DNA of 32,355 nucleotides from an uncultured virus (IMG/VR IMGVR_UViG_3300005440_000007) (lineage: Duplodnaviria > Heunggongvirae > Uroviricota > Caudoviricetes): IMG/VR virus record IMGVR_UViG_3300005440_000007. One strand, 5' to 3'. The position numbers and the translations under genes were made by a program. The notes below the pieces were generated by a model. The model saw only the letters and a list, made by a program, of their open reading frames with translations. It was not told the DNA's origin and searched no databases. This document shows positions 9,351 to 19,087 of this stretch, piece after piece. Each line of letters opens with the position of its first letter. The first letter of the stretch is position 1.

Positions 9351-9704
9351 ATGCATCAGAGAATACCCGTCAGCGCCAAGTTCGCCGCCGAAGGATTCGG
9401 CGGAAGCAAATTCACCCCCATGAGGTCGATCAGCGGCCCGATGGGCCGAATCGACCTGGGCCAAAACGGCGGAAACGGTCCTTCTCCCGCGCCTTCTCCG
9501 TCGCCGGCCCCGGCCCCAGCTCCCAGCTCGGACGTGGTGGTTCGGTCGTCGCCCTTCCTCATTCCGCCCGTGGTTCCGGTCGCGCCGACGTATCCGATCG
9601 CGCCGGAGCCCGTCTACGTGACGGAGCCCACCGACTACACGAACACCATCGTTCTGATCGGTGCCGCGATCGGCCTGGTCGCGTTGGGGGCCGCGCTCTC
9701 CTAG
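9351..9704 (+). CDS. Pro-rich protein with C-terminal transmembrane anchor
   Basis: GGAGG SD; MGRIDLGQNG, PSPAP repeats, terminal helix IVLIGAAIGLVALGAALS. Confidence 0.75.
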   Translation: MHQRIPVSAKFAAEGFGGSKFTPMRSISGPMGRIDLGQNGGNGPSPAPSPSPAPAPAPSSDVVVRSSPFLIPPVVPVAPTYPIAPEPVYVTEPTDYTNTIVLIGAAIGLVALGAALS

Positions 9705-9717
9705 AAAGTCGTCGGGC

Positions 9718-10161
9718 ATGGCGGATTACTACGAGCTCCTGGGCGTTTCGCGCACGGCCTCCATCGAAGAGATCCGCGCGGCCTACCGGAAGCGGGCGAG
9801 TGAATCCCATCCCGATCGGCACCCAGGCGATGCTGAAGTCGCCAAGAAATTCTGCGCGTTCTCCCAGGCCTACGAGACTCTCACGGACCAAGACCGGCGC
9901 CGGACCTACGACAAATCGGGGCCGTCCGAACATCCAAAGAGCCTCTTCGATTCCCTTGCCGAAGACCTTGAGTCCGCGCTCGCGCTCTTCGGTCAAGTCG
10001 CCAGCTTTTTCGAGGTCCCCGAGCCGAAGAAAAGAAGGGAATGTACGACGTGCGGAGGAACGGGAGAAACCACGATCGAGCTCGGCCCGCTCACTTTCAC
10101 TCAGAGCTGTCCTGACTGCGAAGCTGAAAAGCCTTCTCCGGTGAATGGCGATCGATCATAA
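9718..10161 (+). CDS. DnaJ (J-domain) protein with partial zinc finger
   Basis: DYYELLGV...IRAAYRK...HPD...AYETL.D..RR.YD; CTTCGGTG and CPDC. Confidence 0.9.
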   Translation: MADYYELLGVSRTASIEEIRAAYRKRASESHPDRHPGDAEVAKKFCAFSQAYETLTDQDRRRTYDKSGPSEHPKSLFDSLAEDLESALALFGQVASFFEVPEPKKRRECTTCGGTGETTIELGPLTFTQSCPDCEAEKPSPVNGDRS

Positions 10162-10168
10162 TAAGTCG

Positions 10169-10360
10169 ATGGCCCGTTCAAGTCCGACCCTTGGGATCAT
10201 CCGGAAATGTCGCGTTCGTGACATCGACAAGAAACGCCCCGGCCGCCGCTGGTGCCTTTATTCCAAGAAGAAACCGGGCCGCGTGATCGGGCGACATCCC
10301 TCGAGGGCCGCGGCGTTGCGACAGGAGCGCGCGATCGAGATCGCCAAGCACGGAGGATAG
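10169..10360 (+). CDS. small basic protein
   Basis: CATAAT 6 nt before ATG10169; WCLYSKK...GRHPSRAAALRQERAI. Confidence 0.65.
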   Translation: MARSSPTLGIIRKCRVRDIDKKRPGRRWCLYSKKKPGRVIGRHPSRAAALRQERAIEIAKHGG

Positions 10361-10363
10361 CCT

Positions 10364-10645
10364 ATGGCTGAAAAGCCAGCCTTCGTCGAGCAGACCGTCA
10401 TCATCAAGAAGGACCACCCCAACGCGCCGAACCGCAAGGCGGCCATGAAAGTCGCCCAGTATCACACGGGCCGCGCCTCGAAAACGATCAGGGAAACAAA
10501 GAGCTCATTTCGGGTTCGCCAGCGCCCCGTGACCTGCTTCGTCCCAGGAAGTTTCCGGACCAAGTGTCGCGGAAAGAAGAAGCTGACCTGCGTCACCTAC
10601 GGACGGCTCAAGCCAAGTGCGAGAGATCGCCAGTCGTGCCGATGA
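10364..10645 (+). CDS. small basic protein
   Basis: GGAGG SD; Lys/Arg rich. Confidence 0.7.
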   Translation: MAEKPAFVEQTVIIKKDHPNAPNRKAAMKVAQYHTGRASKTIRETKSSFRVRQRPVTCFVPGSFRTKCRGKKKLTCVTYGRLKPSARDRQSCR

Positions 10646-11520
10646 GTTACCCTCAAGAAGACGTCGACGCCTTTGAGTTCCGGATGCACGATCCGGTCAC
10701 CGACGAATGGTTCTACTATCAAGCTACATCCTGGGAAGAATTCGAAAAGATTCTGATCTCCGTTTCGAAGCATCGCGGTCACCCCATGGAACTCTGGGCG
10801 ATCTCGAGAATTGATTTCGACCCCTTTGAGCCGATGGCTCCATGGGCGGATGAAGGTGGGAACCTTCTTCTTCCGTGGAAGCGTGTTGCTACGATGGTTC
10901 AAGCGGGGCCGCGTTGGGACGTCTCCATGAATGGAGAGGGGTCGGACTATTCGATGGGAGCATCAAGACAGCGTCGGGTGAAACCGAACAAGATGAAGCT
11001 CGCCCAGGCGCAGCGTCTGGCCGCTCGGATCGAGAAAACTCTGGCGCCTTATTCCGATTTCATCATGGTTGTCGGATCCGTGCGCCGCGAAGCTTCCACC
11101 GTCGGGGATATCGAGCTCGTGGTACTCCCCAAGGATCTCGAGGAGTTTCTCGGGACCCTGCAAGAGGAGGGATTCCACGGAGGAACCCGGAAGCAGGTCG
11201 GAAGCGTGAGAGGTATGACGGTCGAAATCTACCTCGCTCACGATCCTAAGGAGATCGGCGGCCTCGTCTTCATGTATACAGGCGACTTCCAGTTCAACAT
11301 CGCCATGCGGAGGAAAGCCAAGAGACGCGGCCTCAAACTCAACCAGTATGGGATCTGGAAGGGATCAAAGCCTGTTCTTCAGAGTGACGATGAGGTAGAC
11401 TTCTTTGAATTCCTCGACGTGCGGTATCACGAGCCCCAGGAGAGAAGCCTGGCCGCTCGTGGAAAGGCAAAGCCGGCCATGGCTGGAGCCGAGTACTGGG
11501 ACGACGAGGAGGATAGCTAG
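10642..11520 (+). CDS. polX: family X DNA polymerase (minimal palm/thumb core) with unrelated N-terminal domain
   Basis: VGSVRR..STVGDIELVV, YTGDFQFNIAMRRKAK.RGLKLNQYGI, EPQER. Confidence 0.85.
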   Translation: MSYPQEDVDAFEFRMHDPVTDEWFYYQATSWEEFEKILISVSKHRGHPMELWAISRIDFDPFEPMAPWADEGGNLLLPWKRVATMVQAGPRWDVSMNGEGSDYSMGASRQRRVKPNKMKLAQAQRLAARIEKTLAPYSDFIMVVGSVRREASTVGDIELVVLPKDLEEFLGTLQEEGFHGGTRKQVGSVRGMTVEIYLAHDPKEIGGLVFMYTGDFQFNIAMRRKAKRRGLKLNQYGIWKGSKPVLQSDDEVDFFEFLDVRYHEPQERSLAARGKAKPAMAGAEYWDDEEDS

Positions 11521-11546
11521 ACCGTGATCGTTCGGGAGGCGAGACC

Positions 11547-12053
11547 ATGAGGTATCCCGTCATGAACGTGCGCCCCCTGGCTGCAAGGGCGGCCGCGGGA
11601 ACGCCAACCTTCAGGAGCGATCGACGTGTCGACCTGAGGGGCGTCAACGACCGAGGGAACATCGACTGGTGGATGTACCAGCAATCCTTCATCCCGGAGC
11701 TTTTCTTTTCAAGACCGCGCGTCCGGCGCGCCACGCTCGGCGTGGGAAAGCCTGTCCCAGCCGGGATCTGCTGCCAGGCCACGGAGGACGGCGGGGCGAT
11801 CTGTTCGACGGGGCAGGGCTTCCCGCCCGATTGCCCTAACAAGCCGGAACCGAACTTTCCCGGAGTCGCGCAGTACATCAACCAGGAAGGGTACATGGTC
11901 CCCAAGCCTCCGCCGGCGCCGGTGAACGGCGTTTGCGGCGTGCCTTCGGAAGTCCCGAAGGCGAAGCCCGCAGAAGAAGGCGGCGGCATTCCGCCGCTTG
12001 TGGGGATCGCGGCGGTCGGGACGCTCGTCTATGCCCTGGTGAGATCTCTGTGA
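11547..12053 (+). CDS. Cys/Pro-rich protein with C-terminal transmembrane anchor
   Basis: GGAGG SD; RRATLG; terminal helix LVGIAAVGTLVYALV. Confidence 0.7.
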   Translation: MRYPVMNVRPLAARAAAGTPTFRSDRRVDLRGVNDRGNIDWWMYQQSFIPELFFSRPRVRRATLGVGKPVPAGICCQATEDGGAICSTGQGFPPDCPNKPEPNFPGVAQYINQEGYMVPKPPPAPVNGVCGVPSEVPKAKPAEEGGGIPPLVGIAAVGTLVYALVRSL

Positions 12054-12268
12054 TCCCTCCCATCGACGCGCGCCGGGACCCCTGGGCGCCGAGATTCCTG
12101 GGCGAAGTAAAGCTTGCCCAGCAGCCTACGGTTGAAGTCCCAGCCATCCCGTTCGGAGCAAACGCGCTTGTTCTTGGTCCCTCGTCGTGGGGATTCGGGG
12201 CTCCCAATGCAATCCCGATTCCGGTAGAATGGCCCAGGATGGTCAGGCCCGGAAGGCCTCAGTGGTAG
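12050..12268 (+). CDS. small Pro-rich protein
   Basis: GTGA overlap; shares LGxVxLAQ with ORF 23235 and LGPSSWG with ORF 23033. Confidence 0.6.
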   Translation: MIPPIDARRDPWAPRFLGEVKLAQQPTVEVPAIPFGANALVLGPSSWGFGAPNAIPIPVEWPRMVRPGRPQW

Positions 12269-12282
12269 GCTCGGAGAGAAAG

Positions 12283-12534
12283 ATGGAAAACGAAGAAAAG
12301 CTCATGACCGGCGTCGTCCGAAAGTTCGATGACGAGCGCGGATACGGCTTCATCAGGGTCGAGGGAATCACCGAGGACATCTTCGTCCACCATCAGTCGA
12401 TCAAGATGGACGGGTTTCGCACGCTTGCCGTGGGGGACAACGTCCAGTTCCGGATCTCTCGCGACGCCAAGGGCCTGAAGGCGAAGGACGTCGTCAAGGT
12501 CCCGTCGTCACAGCCCCAGGAAAGCAAGCAGTAA
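12283..12534 (+). CDS. csp: cold-shock domain protein (CspA family)
   Basis: MTGVVRKFDDERGYGFI (RNP1), DIFVHH.SI (RNP2), GFRTL..GD.V.F. Confidence 0.93.
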   Translation: MENEEKLMTGVVRKFDDERGYGFIRVEGITEDIFVHHQSIKMDGFRTLAVGDNVQFRISRDAKGLKAKDVVKVPSSQPQESKQ

Positions 12535-12549
12535 CGGTCGTCATTTCGG

Positions 12550-12578
12550 TTGACGCCTACCTGTATACCGCGTATACT
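12550..12578 (+). promoter_or_regulatory. sigma70-type promoter with GTATAC-N3-GTATAC element
   Basis: TTGACG-17-TATACT upstream of tmk-thyX. Confidence 0.65.
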
Positions 12579-12605
12579 CCCGGTATTCAGGGGGAACTTC
12601 AGTAG

Positions 12606-13226
12606 ATGGGCATCCCGGGAAAGTTCATCGTATTCGAAGGCGTCGACCATTCCGGCAAGACCACCCAGATCGACCTGGCGGAAAAGTGGCTCCTCTCGCG
12701 CGGCTACAAGGTCGCTCGATTTCGGGAGCCTGGCGGTACCCCGGCCGGCGAGCGGATCCGGGGCGCTCTCCTCGATAAGGAGCTTTCCATCGTCCCCCTC
12801 TGTGAGATGCTGCTTTTCATGGCCTCCCGAGTGCAGCTCCTCGAACAGAAAATAATCCCTGCGCTGAACAATGGGGAGGTTGTTCTCCTGGATCGGTACT
12901 GGTTCTCCACGTATGCCTACCAAGGTATTGCCGGGCATCTCGGTGGAAATCGCGTGACCGATCTGGTCTTCCTGCTCGGTCTTCGTTATCCGGATCTCGT
13001 GGTCATGTTGGACGGGGATCCGGAACTCCTGGCGTCCAGGCATCATGGTGCCAGTGATCGGATCGAGGCTAAAGGCCTCCAGTATCAGCGCGAGGTTCGT
13101 GATGGCTACCATCAACTCGCGCTCACTCATAAAATGAAGCATCTATTTCGGGTAGTGGACGCCGAGAAGCCGCTTGAAGACGTTCACACGGCAATCGTCG
13201 ACGCCCTTTCAAAGGCAAACTTCTAA
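12606..13226 (+). CDS. tmk: thymidylate kinase
   Basis: FIVFEGVDHSGKTTQ P-loop, REPGGT, LLF.ASR, DRY..ST.AYQG, PDL, DRIE. Confidence 0.95.
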   Translation: MGIPGKFIVFEGVDHSGKTTQIDLAEKWLLSRGYKVARFREPGGTPAGERIRGALLDKELSIVPLCEMLLFMASRVQLLEQKIIPALNNGEVVLLDRYWFSTYAYQGIAGHLGGNRVTDLVFLLGLRYPDLVVMLDGDPELLASRHHGASDRIEAKGLQYQREVRDGYHQLALTHKMKHLFRVVDAEKPLEDVHTAIVDALSKANF

Positions 13227-13235
13227 GGACTTGAA

Positions 13236-14366
13236 ATGGGCATCTCGAAATACGGCATGATCTCACGACTCGTCTGGGACGGCGGAGACGCAGTCCGGAT
13301 CCCCGAAGAACTGGGAGAGCCAGCGCCGAATCAGATGCTGGGGACGCCGGCGGAACGCCTCAGCGAGGTAGGCGGACGCACCTGCTACGACTCGCTCGGA
13401 CGCGGCCGGTCGAGCGATGATTATCACAAGCACATTCTCGAGGTCGGGCACGGGTCCGTCTACGAGCATTTCGCCATGACGGTTCAGATCTCGGGCCACT
13501 CAGAGCTGCTCTGGGCCCTCATCAATCGTCCTGGGGTCTGGGTCGAGGCGGATTTCGGGAAGATCCGAGTGACGTTCAACCCTCGGGCGATTCTGGACTG
13601 GAATTCGTGGACGAAGCAGCTCACCTACTTGAGCGACAGGCCGGACCTCGTCGGCAAGCCGAGGTCGGTAGGCGATCGTCTGGCGTACTGGGCGGAGCTG
13701 GCCTTCCCCAAGATTGTCCCTCCCCGGGAGAGATCCCAAAGCGTTCTCACGGACTATCGCAGCGACTGCCGGGTCGAGCCCCTGACTGAACAAGAAAAAT
13801 GGATTTCGATGTTCATGTGCGGGAGCCGAGGTTGGTCCCATGAGCAGGTCCGGCACAAGTTCCGGACGGCGGTGAGCCAGCGCAGTACCCGCTTCGTGAA
13901 CGAGGCAGAATCCCCGTGGGTCGACCATCCGCTCGTACAGGAATACATGGGAGATCCGGCGCTCGTCCCTGCCGACCTGGATGAAATGAACAGGGTCCTG
14001 AAAGCGATCAAGAAGAACTCCAGGGAGACCTACGGCTACGTGGTCGATCGCCTGGAGCCCTGGCTGATCCGCCGGGGCGTTGAGAAGATCACGGCCCGGA
14101 AACAGGCCCGCGGCGCCGCGCGGGGCTATCTGGGGAATGCCCTCTGGACCGAGATGGTCTTCTCGGCGTCTGTCGCGGAGTGGAAATGGATGATGAAGCT
14201 TCGCTGCTCGAGCCCTGCCGATGCGGAGATCCGGGGCATCTTCTGCGAAGCGCTCCCCGAGCTCCGCAGCAGCCGTTATGGGGAAGATTTCAAGAATCTC
14301 GAGCTGGTGCCGGCGCCCGACGGCCTTGGACAGATGGCGGTGGAGCGTTCGAGCGTTCAGGTGTAG
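13236..14366 (+). CDS. thyX: FAD-dependent thymidylate synthase
   Basis: GRTCYDS, GHGSVYEH, SRGWSHEQVRH...SQRSTRFV, RKQARGAAR, LR....ADAEIR. Confidence 0.9.
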   Translation: MGISKYGMISRLVWDGGDAVRIPEELGEPAPNQMLGTPAERLSEVGGRTCYDSLGRGRSSDDYHKHILEVGHGSVYEHFAMTVQISGHSELLWALINRPGVWVEADFGKIRVTFNPRAILDWNSWTKQLTYLSDRPDLVGKPRSVGDRLAYWAELAFPKIVPPRERSQSVLTDYRSDCRVEPLTEQEKWISMFMCGSRGWSHEQVRHKFRTAVSQRSTRFVNEAESPWVDHPLVQEYMGDPALVPADLDEMNRVLKAIKKNSRETYGYVVDRLEPWLIRRGVEKITARKQARGAARGYLGNALWTEMVFSASVAEWKWMMKLRCSSPADAEIRGIFCEALPELRSSRYGEDFKNLELVPAPDGLGQMAVERSSVQV

Positions 14367-14388
14367 GATAGCGGACGAGGATGAAAAA

Positions 14389-14781
14389 ATGAGCATGACC
14401 CGCAAGCAGGCCATCGAAGCGATGGTCGGACGTCATCGAGAGGCCCTGGCGAAGTCGGCGAACTTCCGCTGCTGTTGCTGCGATGGGATCTACCCCTCGA
14501 AAGAAGCGTCCCATGTCGCCGCCTACGAATCGACCAACGGCGTCATGCAGAGACTCATTCCGGGCGAGAACATCGCCACCTACGTCGTCTGCAAGGAATG
14601 CGCGCGGATGCCGGAGAAGACGATGCTCCTCAAGGTCGAACAGAACCTGGTCAAGAGCGGCCTTCTTCGGACGGACCTCAAGCGCCTGAGCGATCCGGGA
14701 GGACACTCTCCGGGGCATCAGCCGCACAAGCATGGGCCAAATTGCAGTCACGGGAAAGGCGGAGAGCTTTTCAGAGGATAA
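14389..14781 (+). CDS. hypothetical Cys/His-rich protein
   Basis: GAGG SD; CCCC and CKEC, His-rich tail. Confidence 0.65.
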   Translation: MSMTRKQAIEAMVGRHREALAKSANFRCCCCDGIYPSKEASHVAAYESTNGVMQRLIPGENIATYVVCKECARMPEKTMLLKVEQNLVKSGLLRTDLKRLSDPGGHSPGHQPHKHGPNCSHGKGGELFRG

Positions 14782-14785
14782 GTAC

Positions 14786-15022
14786 ATGACGATCCGGGAG
14801 AGGGCGGAGCGGTTCGCGCAGAAGCTAGGCGCGCAACCCGATCAGGCGGCGGCCATTCTCGAGGAAGCTTTGCGAGAGGAACTCAAGGACGTGGCTTCGA
14901 CCCTTTCAGCTTCGGCGACGCACAAGGAGAAGATGTACCGGGAGCTTGGCCTAAACGGTGCCGACCAGGCCAGGCCCTATCACGACATCGCTGAGGCAGT
15001 GCGAAGGAGATCTGAATTATGA
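14786..15022 (+). CDS. hypothetical protein
   Basis: GAGG SD, operon spacing. Confidence 0.6.
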   Translation: MTIRERAERFAQKLGAQPDQAAAILEEALREELKDVASTLSASATHKEKMYRELGLNGADQARPYHDIAEAVRRRSEL

Positions 15023-15435
15023 GCCAGGAAGCGGTCGAGGCCAAACTCGTCCAGAAGACGGTTTCCATTCTCCGGATGGCCCGTCATGTCATCGAAAAGC
15101 TTCATGACGAGAATGAGAAAGGATTCCAGGAAGAGCCCAGCCTGAGCGATCTGGTTCTCGTCGCACAGATCATCGGGCAGACCTCGACCATCGACCGTCT
15201 GGGCGAGATTGGAGGGCAGGGAGACATTCCTCCAGGCGCGGAGAGTCCCGCGCGAGCCGTCATCTCCGGAGAGATCCAACTTCCCGATCTTTTTGTCATG
15301 TGGACTCCGGAGGGGTGGTATGTGAATGCCAATCCGGATTTCCAGATCCAATCCCAGCACTGCCGGACCAAGGAAGAGCTTTCGTCGATTTTGCAGCAGC
15401 TGGCGGAAGTGTGCGCCAGCCATCGGATTTCTTGA
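15019..15435 (+). CDS. hypothetical protein
   Basis: AAGGAG SD, ATGA overlap. Confidence 0.65.
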   Translation: MSQEAVEAKLVQKTVSILRMARHVIEKLHDENEKGFQEEPSLSDLVLVAQIIGQTSTIDRLGEIGGQGDIPPGAESPARAVISGEIQLPDLFVMWTPEGWYVNANPDFQIQSQHCRTKEELSSILQQLAEVCASHRIS

Positions 15436-15455
15436 AGAACGATCAGGAGATTTTC

Positions 15456-15860
15456 ATGGCCGACGAAGAGAAGAAGGACGAGAAAAAGCAGGAGCTCGCG
15501 AAGGTCGACGAGCAGTCCAAGTCCGGAGGGCTGACCCTGGATCAGGTGATGTCGCATCCGGCGGTCCAGCAGCTCAGCCAGAGGCTCGAGGAGACCAAGC
15601 AGCTTCTCCAGAGTCTTCCCGAAATGATCGGCCGCGCCGTCGCCGAAGCCCAGCGTTCCGGCAGGGTTCCGCTCGTCTCCGGGCCCGCGGTCGAGCTTCG
15701 TCCGGGCGGAAACGGATCGGTCGAGTTCCACCGAAAGGGGAGGATCGTCGAGAACGGCCAGGAAATCGTTCCGGAAGGCCTGAAGGCCGATGGGACGGTC
15801 GAGCAGGATCTCGAGGACATCCGGAGGAAGGCTCCTCCCCGGAAGCTCAGGCGGTCGTAG
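15456..15860 (+). CDS. hypothetical protein with coiled coil
   Basis: AGGAG SD before ATG15456. Confidence 0.7.
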   Translation: MADEEKKDEKKQELAKVDEQSKSGGLTLDQVMSHPAVQQLSQRLEETKQLLQSLPEMIGRAVAEAQRSGRVPLVSGPAVELRPGGNGSVEFHRKGRIVENGQEIVPEGLKADGTVEQDLEDIRRKAPPRKLRRS

Positions 15861-15886
15861 CCCTCCAAATCGACCGGAGAATCATT

Positions 15887-16573
15887 ATGAAGATGGAAGA
15901 CATCTCGCGCGCGGCCATCGAATTCGGAAACGAGGCCGGAGAACGCCTGCAAACCCTGTTGGGAAGGGTCCCGGATCCCCAGGAGTTCATGGCCTTCTAT
16001 GGAACCGCTTCCGGAACCATCTGCGGAAACGCGCTCTCCGAGATCGTGAAGGCGGCGGGCAAAGAGATAGGAGCCCAGTGGCTCATGGAAACCCTGGGCC
16101 TCATCCAGCTGACTGCGCGTCGCAATGGCGCGGACATCGTCATTTCGGGAGGACTATCTCTCAAGACCGTGTCGTCTCCCATGGGCAAGCAGCAGGCTGC
16201 GCCGGCCCCTCCTCCGCCCATCCTGGAAAGCAATGTCTGCCAGTGCCAGATCTTGGACGGCACCTGCAGGTCGTGCGAGAGGGAGCTGGACCGGACGGTA
16301 GAGCGATTCACCAACCTGATCAAGAATACGGTCGACGCCTCCCACGAAGCCGGACACTCCAAGATCTGCAAGGTGTGCAAGATCCGCCTCGTCGACGGAG
16401 TGCTCGCTCGCTCGATCAGGAAGAACGCTCCCTCCTTCGGCGACCGTCTTCCGGCTGCGATCGAGATCTTCACGGCCGTCGTTCTTCAGCAGCTCAAGGG
16501 GCTGATGCCCGAAGTTTCATTCGACGAGACCTTGAAGGCCGTGAACGATGCGGTCGCCATGATCAAAAAGTGA
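15887..16573 (+). CDS. hypothetical protein with Cys cluster
   Basis: GGAG SD; CQC...CRSC...CKVC. Confidence 0.7.
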   Translation: MKMEDISRAAIEFGNEAGERLQTLLGRVPDPQEFMAFYGTASGTICGNALSEIVKAAGKEIGAQWLMETLGLIQLTARRNGADIVISGGLSLKTVSSPMGKQQAAPAPPPPILESNVCQCQILDGTCRSCERELDRTVERFTNLIKNTVDASHEAGHSKICKVCKIRLVDGVLARSIRKNAPSFGDRLPAAIEIFTAVVLQQLKGLMPEVSFDETLKAVNDAVAMIKK

Positions 16574-16639
16574 TGCTGCCGTCAGCGTTTTCGGTCCACC
16601 CCTTCCTGAAGACTTGAAAATCTTGTCGGAGGATTTTTC

Positions 16640-17500
16640 GTGAAGGGGATTATCCTTGCGGGAGGCGCAGGAACGCGCCTTCACCCGGTGACGCGATCGG
16701 TGAGCAAGCAGCTCTTGCCGGTCTACGATAAGCCGATGATCTACTATCCCATGAGCGTTCTCATGCTCGCGGGGATCCGGGAAATCCTTCTCATTTCGAC
16801 GCCTCACGACCTCCCCGGATTCGAACGGCTCTTTGGGAACGGCTACGGGATCGGTCTCAGGATTCAGTACGCCGTGCAGGAGCGGCCGGAGGGCCTTGCC
16901 CAGGCGTTCTTGATTGGCCGGAAGTTCCTGGGCCATAGCCGAGCTTGCCTTGTCCTGGGAGACAATCTCTTCTACGGTCACGGCTTGACAGAGACCGTAA
17001 AGCGTGGAGCGAATCTCCGTGCCGGCGCGGTCGTATTCGGATACCGGGTCAAGGATCCGCAGCGGTACGGGGTCGTTGAATTCGATGTCTCTGGAAAGGC
17101 AATCTCTCTCGAGGAGAAGCCGATCAAGCCGAAGTCCAACTGGGCGGTCCCAGGCCTCTACTTCTACGACCAGACGGTCTGTGATCGGGCGGCTTCCCTC
17201 GAGCCGAGCTCGCGCGGGGAGCTCGAGATCACCGACCTCAACCGGATGTATCTCGAGGAGGGGAATCTGTCGGTGGAGAAGATCGGGCGCGGGATCGCCT
17301 GGCTCGACACGGGAACCCCAGGGAGTCTTCTTGAGGCGGCGTCGTTCGTCCAGACGATCCAGGAGCGTCAGGGGCTCCAGATCGCCTGCCTCGAGGAGAT
17401 CGCATGGCAGAACGGATGGGTCGGAGCGACGGAACTGAAGTCGGCGGCTGACGCCATGGGGAAATCTTCCTACGGCGACTACCTTCGGAGCCTTTTGTGA
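16640..17500 (+). CDS. rfbA: glucose-1-phosphate thymidylyltransferase
   Basis: [67 protein letters not shown]. Confidence 0.97.
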   Translation: MKGIILAGGAGTRLHPVTRSVSKQLLPVYDKPMIYYPMSVLMLAGIREILLISTPHDLPGFERLFGNGYGIGLRIQYAVQERPEGLAQAFLIGRKFLGHSRACLVLGDNLFYGHGLTETVKRGANLRAGAVVFGYRVKDPQRYGVVEFDVSGKAISLEEKPIKPKSNWAVPGLYFYDQTVCDRAASLEPSSRGELEITDLNRMYLEEGNLSVEKIGRGIAWLDTGTPGSLLEAASFVQTIQERQGLQIACLEEIAWQNGWVGATELKSAADAMGKSSYGDYLRSLL

Positions 17501-17724
17501 TGGCCCTCCGTAGGATCCTACCGTCCAACGGTCGGAATCCGGCCACGCGGAGATCCGGCAGATGCCGCTGCAAGAAGGTTCGCCTGGGCTCTATCGAGCT
17601 CCGCTCTCGCATCGCCCATTGTCAGGACTGCGGCGGGGTGGTTAGAATCTATCCAAAGCATCCGACCTCTTGCCCGTGCTGGAGATGCCGGGAATGGAAT
17701 ACGGTCCGGATGTCCGGGAGGTAG
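17500..17724 (+). CDS. small basic Cys-rich protein
   Basis: coupled to rfbA stop; CRC, CQDC, CPCWRC; GRNPAT shared with ORF 23033. Confidence 0.5.
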   Translation: MALRRILPSNGRNPATRRSGRCRCKKVRLGSIELRSRIAHCQDCGGVVRIYPKHPTSCPCWRCREWNTVRMSGR

Positions 17725-17728
17725 AGCC

Positions 17729-17896
17729 ATGCCCGACGAGACGCTCAACTGCAGGGACTGCGGTCAACCGTTCAAATTCTCAGAAAAGGACCAGCAGCTT
17801 TTCGCTGACAAGGGATGGAAGCCGCCCTTCCGTTGCCGGCCTTGCAGGAGCCTCGCCAAGCAGCGCCGCCCCAAGCAGGATCAGCAGACCGGATGA
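17729..17896 (+). CDS. 55-aa zinc-ribbon protein (zf-trcl-like; not in ORF track)
   Basis: GGAGG SD; MPDETLNCRDCGQPFKFSEKDQQLFADKGWKPPFRCRPCR. Confidence 0.8.
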   Translation: MPDETLNCRDCGQPFKFSEKDQQLFADKGWKPPFRCRPCRSLAKQRRPKQDQQTG

Positions 17897-18186
17897 GTCA
17901 GTCTCGCCGTAGTCTTTATGCGATCCTGGGGGAGCTCGCCCTCGCCGCTCCAAAGCTCGTTCTCATGCAGGGAGCTGAGTATTTCAGGATCGAAGATCTC
18001 TGGCGTTGGGCCAGGAAAGACCTCCTGAAAGGCGATCCAAAAGAGCAGGCGGCCCTTTCGGACTCGATCTACTGGACCGAGCGCGACGTTCGCGGTAAAC
18101 TGCTCCTGAAGGGTGTTACCCAGAAGGGAGACGAGTTTGTCGCGTTCGTTGAGCCCGGCTCCGACATACAGACCTCCCCGATTTGA
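17893..18186 (+). CDS. hypothetical protein
   Basis: ATGA overlap with zinc-ribbon gene. Confidence 0.55.
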   Translation: MSQSRRSLYAILGELALAAPKLVLMQGAEYFRIEDLWRWARKDLLKGDPKEQAALSDSIYWTERDVRGKLLLKGVTQKGDEFVAFVEPGSDIQTSPI

Positions 18187-18373
18187 AGGAGCGGCCCCGC
18201 GCCATATCTGCGGATGCGGGGCAAAATCCGTCATCCGCCTCCAGAGCGCCGCAGGAGAACTGCGCTCTTTGGCCGCCGACACTTCCCCGCCCGTAGACGC
18301 CCTGGATACGGTCATCAATATCGCTCTGATCGGGGGCGCAGTCTATCTCGTGTACGAGATCTTCCTCGGATAG
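18137..18373 (+). CDS. small protein with C-terminal transmembrane anchor
   Basis: possible TTG start after AAGGGAG; terminal helix VINIALIGGAVYLVYEIFLG; start uncertain. Confidence 0.5.
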   Translation: MSRSLSPAPTYRPPRFEGAAPRHICGCGAKSVIRLQSAAGELRSLAADTSPPVDALDTVINIALIGGAVYLVYEIFLG

Positions 18374-18375
18374 AG

Positions 18376-18591
18376 GTGATCGTGGGGCCCGGCGCGTGGA
18401 TCCTGGTCGGATTGATCTTGCTTGTGGGTCTCTTGACGTTCGCGATCCGATATGCAGATCGGGCGATCCGGGAGAATCGTCCAGGATGGACTTCTCCTCC
18501 GGAAGATCGCGGACTGGAATGCCCTCACGCTGTCGGCGAAAAAGGAGCAAAAGGAGAGCCCGAACGGGAGGACCATGAGCTACAAGGTTGA
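18376..18591 (+). CDS. small membrane protein
   Basis: GTG start, N-terminal hydrophobic helix. Confidence 0.5.
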   Translation: MIVGPGAWILVGLILLVGLLTFAIRYADRAIRENRPGWTSPPEDRGLECPHAVGEKGAKGEPEREDHELQG

Positions 18592-19087
18592 GGTCATCGC
18601 CGACAACAGCGGAAAGTGGGTCAGTAATGCCCTTCGGTTTCCTACCGAAGAGAAAGCCGAGGCCTACGCAAAGGATCTCGCATCACGGTGGACGCTCGTC
18701 CGGAAATGGCGCGTCGTCCCAGCGGACGAGCCGGCGGAAGAGTATCACGATCCGCAGCTTGGGATCTCCGAGCCTCGACGGAGATTCATGACTGCGGCCC
18801 AGGAGAAGGCCGAGGACAAGAAGACCGACATCCCTCTGGCCGAAAACTTTTCTGCGGGAGAGAAGGTCGTCGTCGATCGCGCTTGGAGAAGGCATTGGAC
18901 CTTCAAGGAGGCGCCGGCTCCCACAAAGCATCTCTGGTCGAAGCTCTTCACCGAAGTAGGCGTCGTGAGCGGAATCGACACCTGGGGGAACGTGTACGTC
19001 ATGGACCGCTACGACCAGGTCCATGGGCGAGAAGGGTTTCCCGTCCCAGCGCGCTTCGTCAAGCATGCCGGCCCGGAGACGAATTAG
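18575..19087 (+). CDS. hypothetical two-domain protein
   Basis: GGAGG SD; MSYKVEVIADNSGKWVSNALRF.TEE.AEAYA.DL. Confidence 0.7.
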   Translation: MSYKVEVIADNSGKWVSNALRFPTEEKAEAYAKDLASRWTLVRKWRVVPADEPAEEYHDPQLGISEPRRRFMTAAQEKAEDKKTDIPLAENFSAGEKVVVDRAWRRHWTFKEAPAPTKHLWSKLFTEVGVVSGIDTWGNVYVMDRYDQVHGREGFPVPARFVKHAGPETN

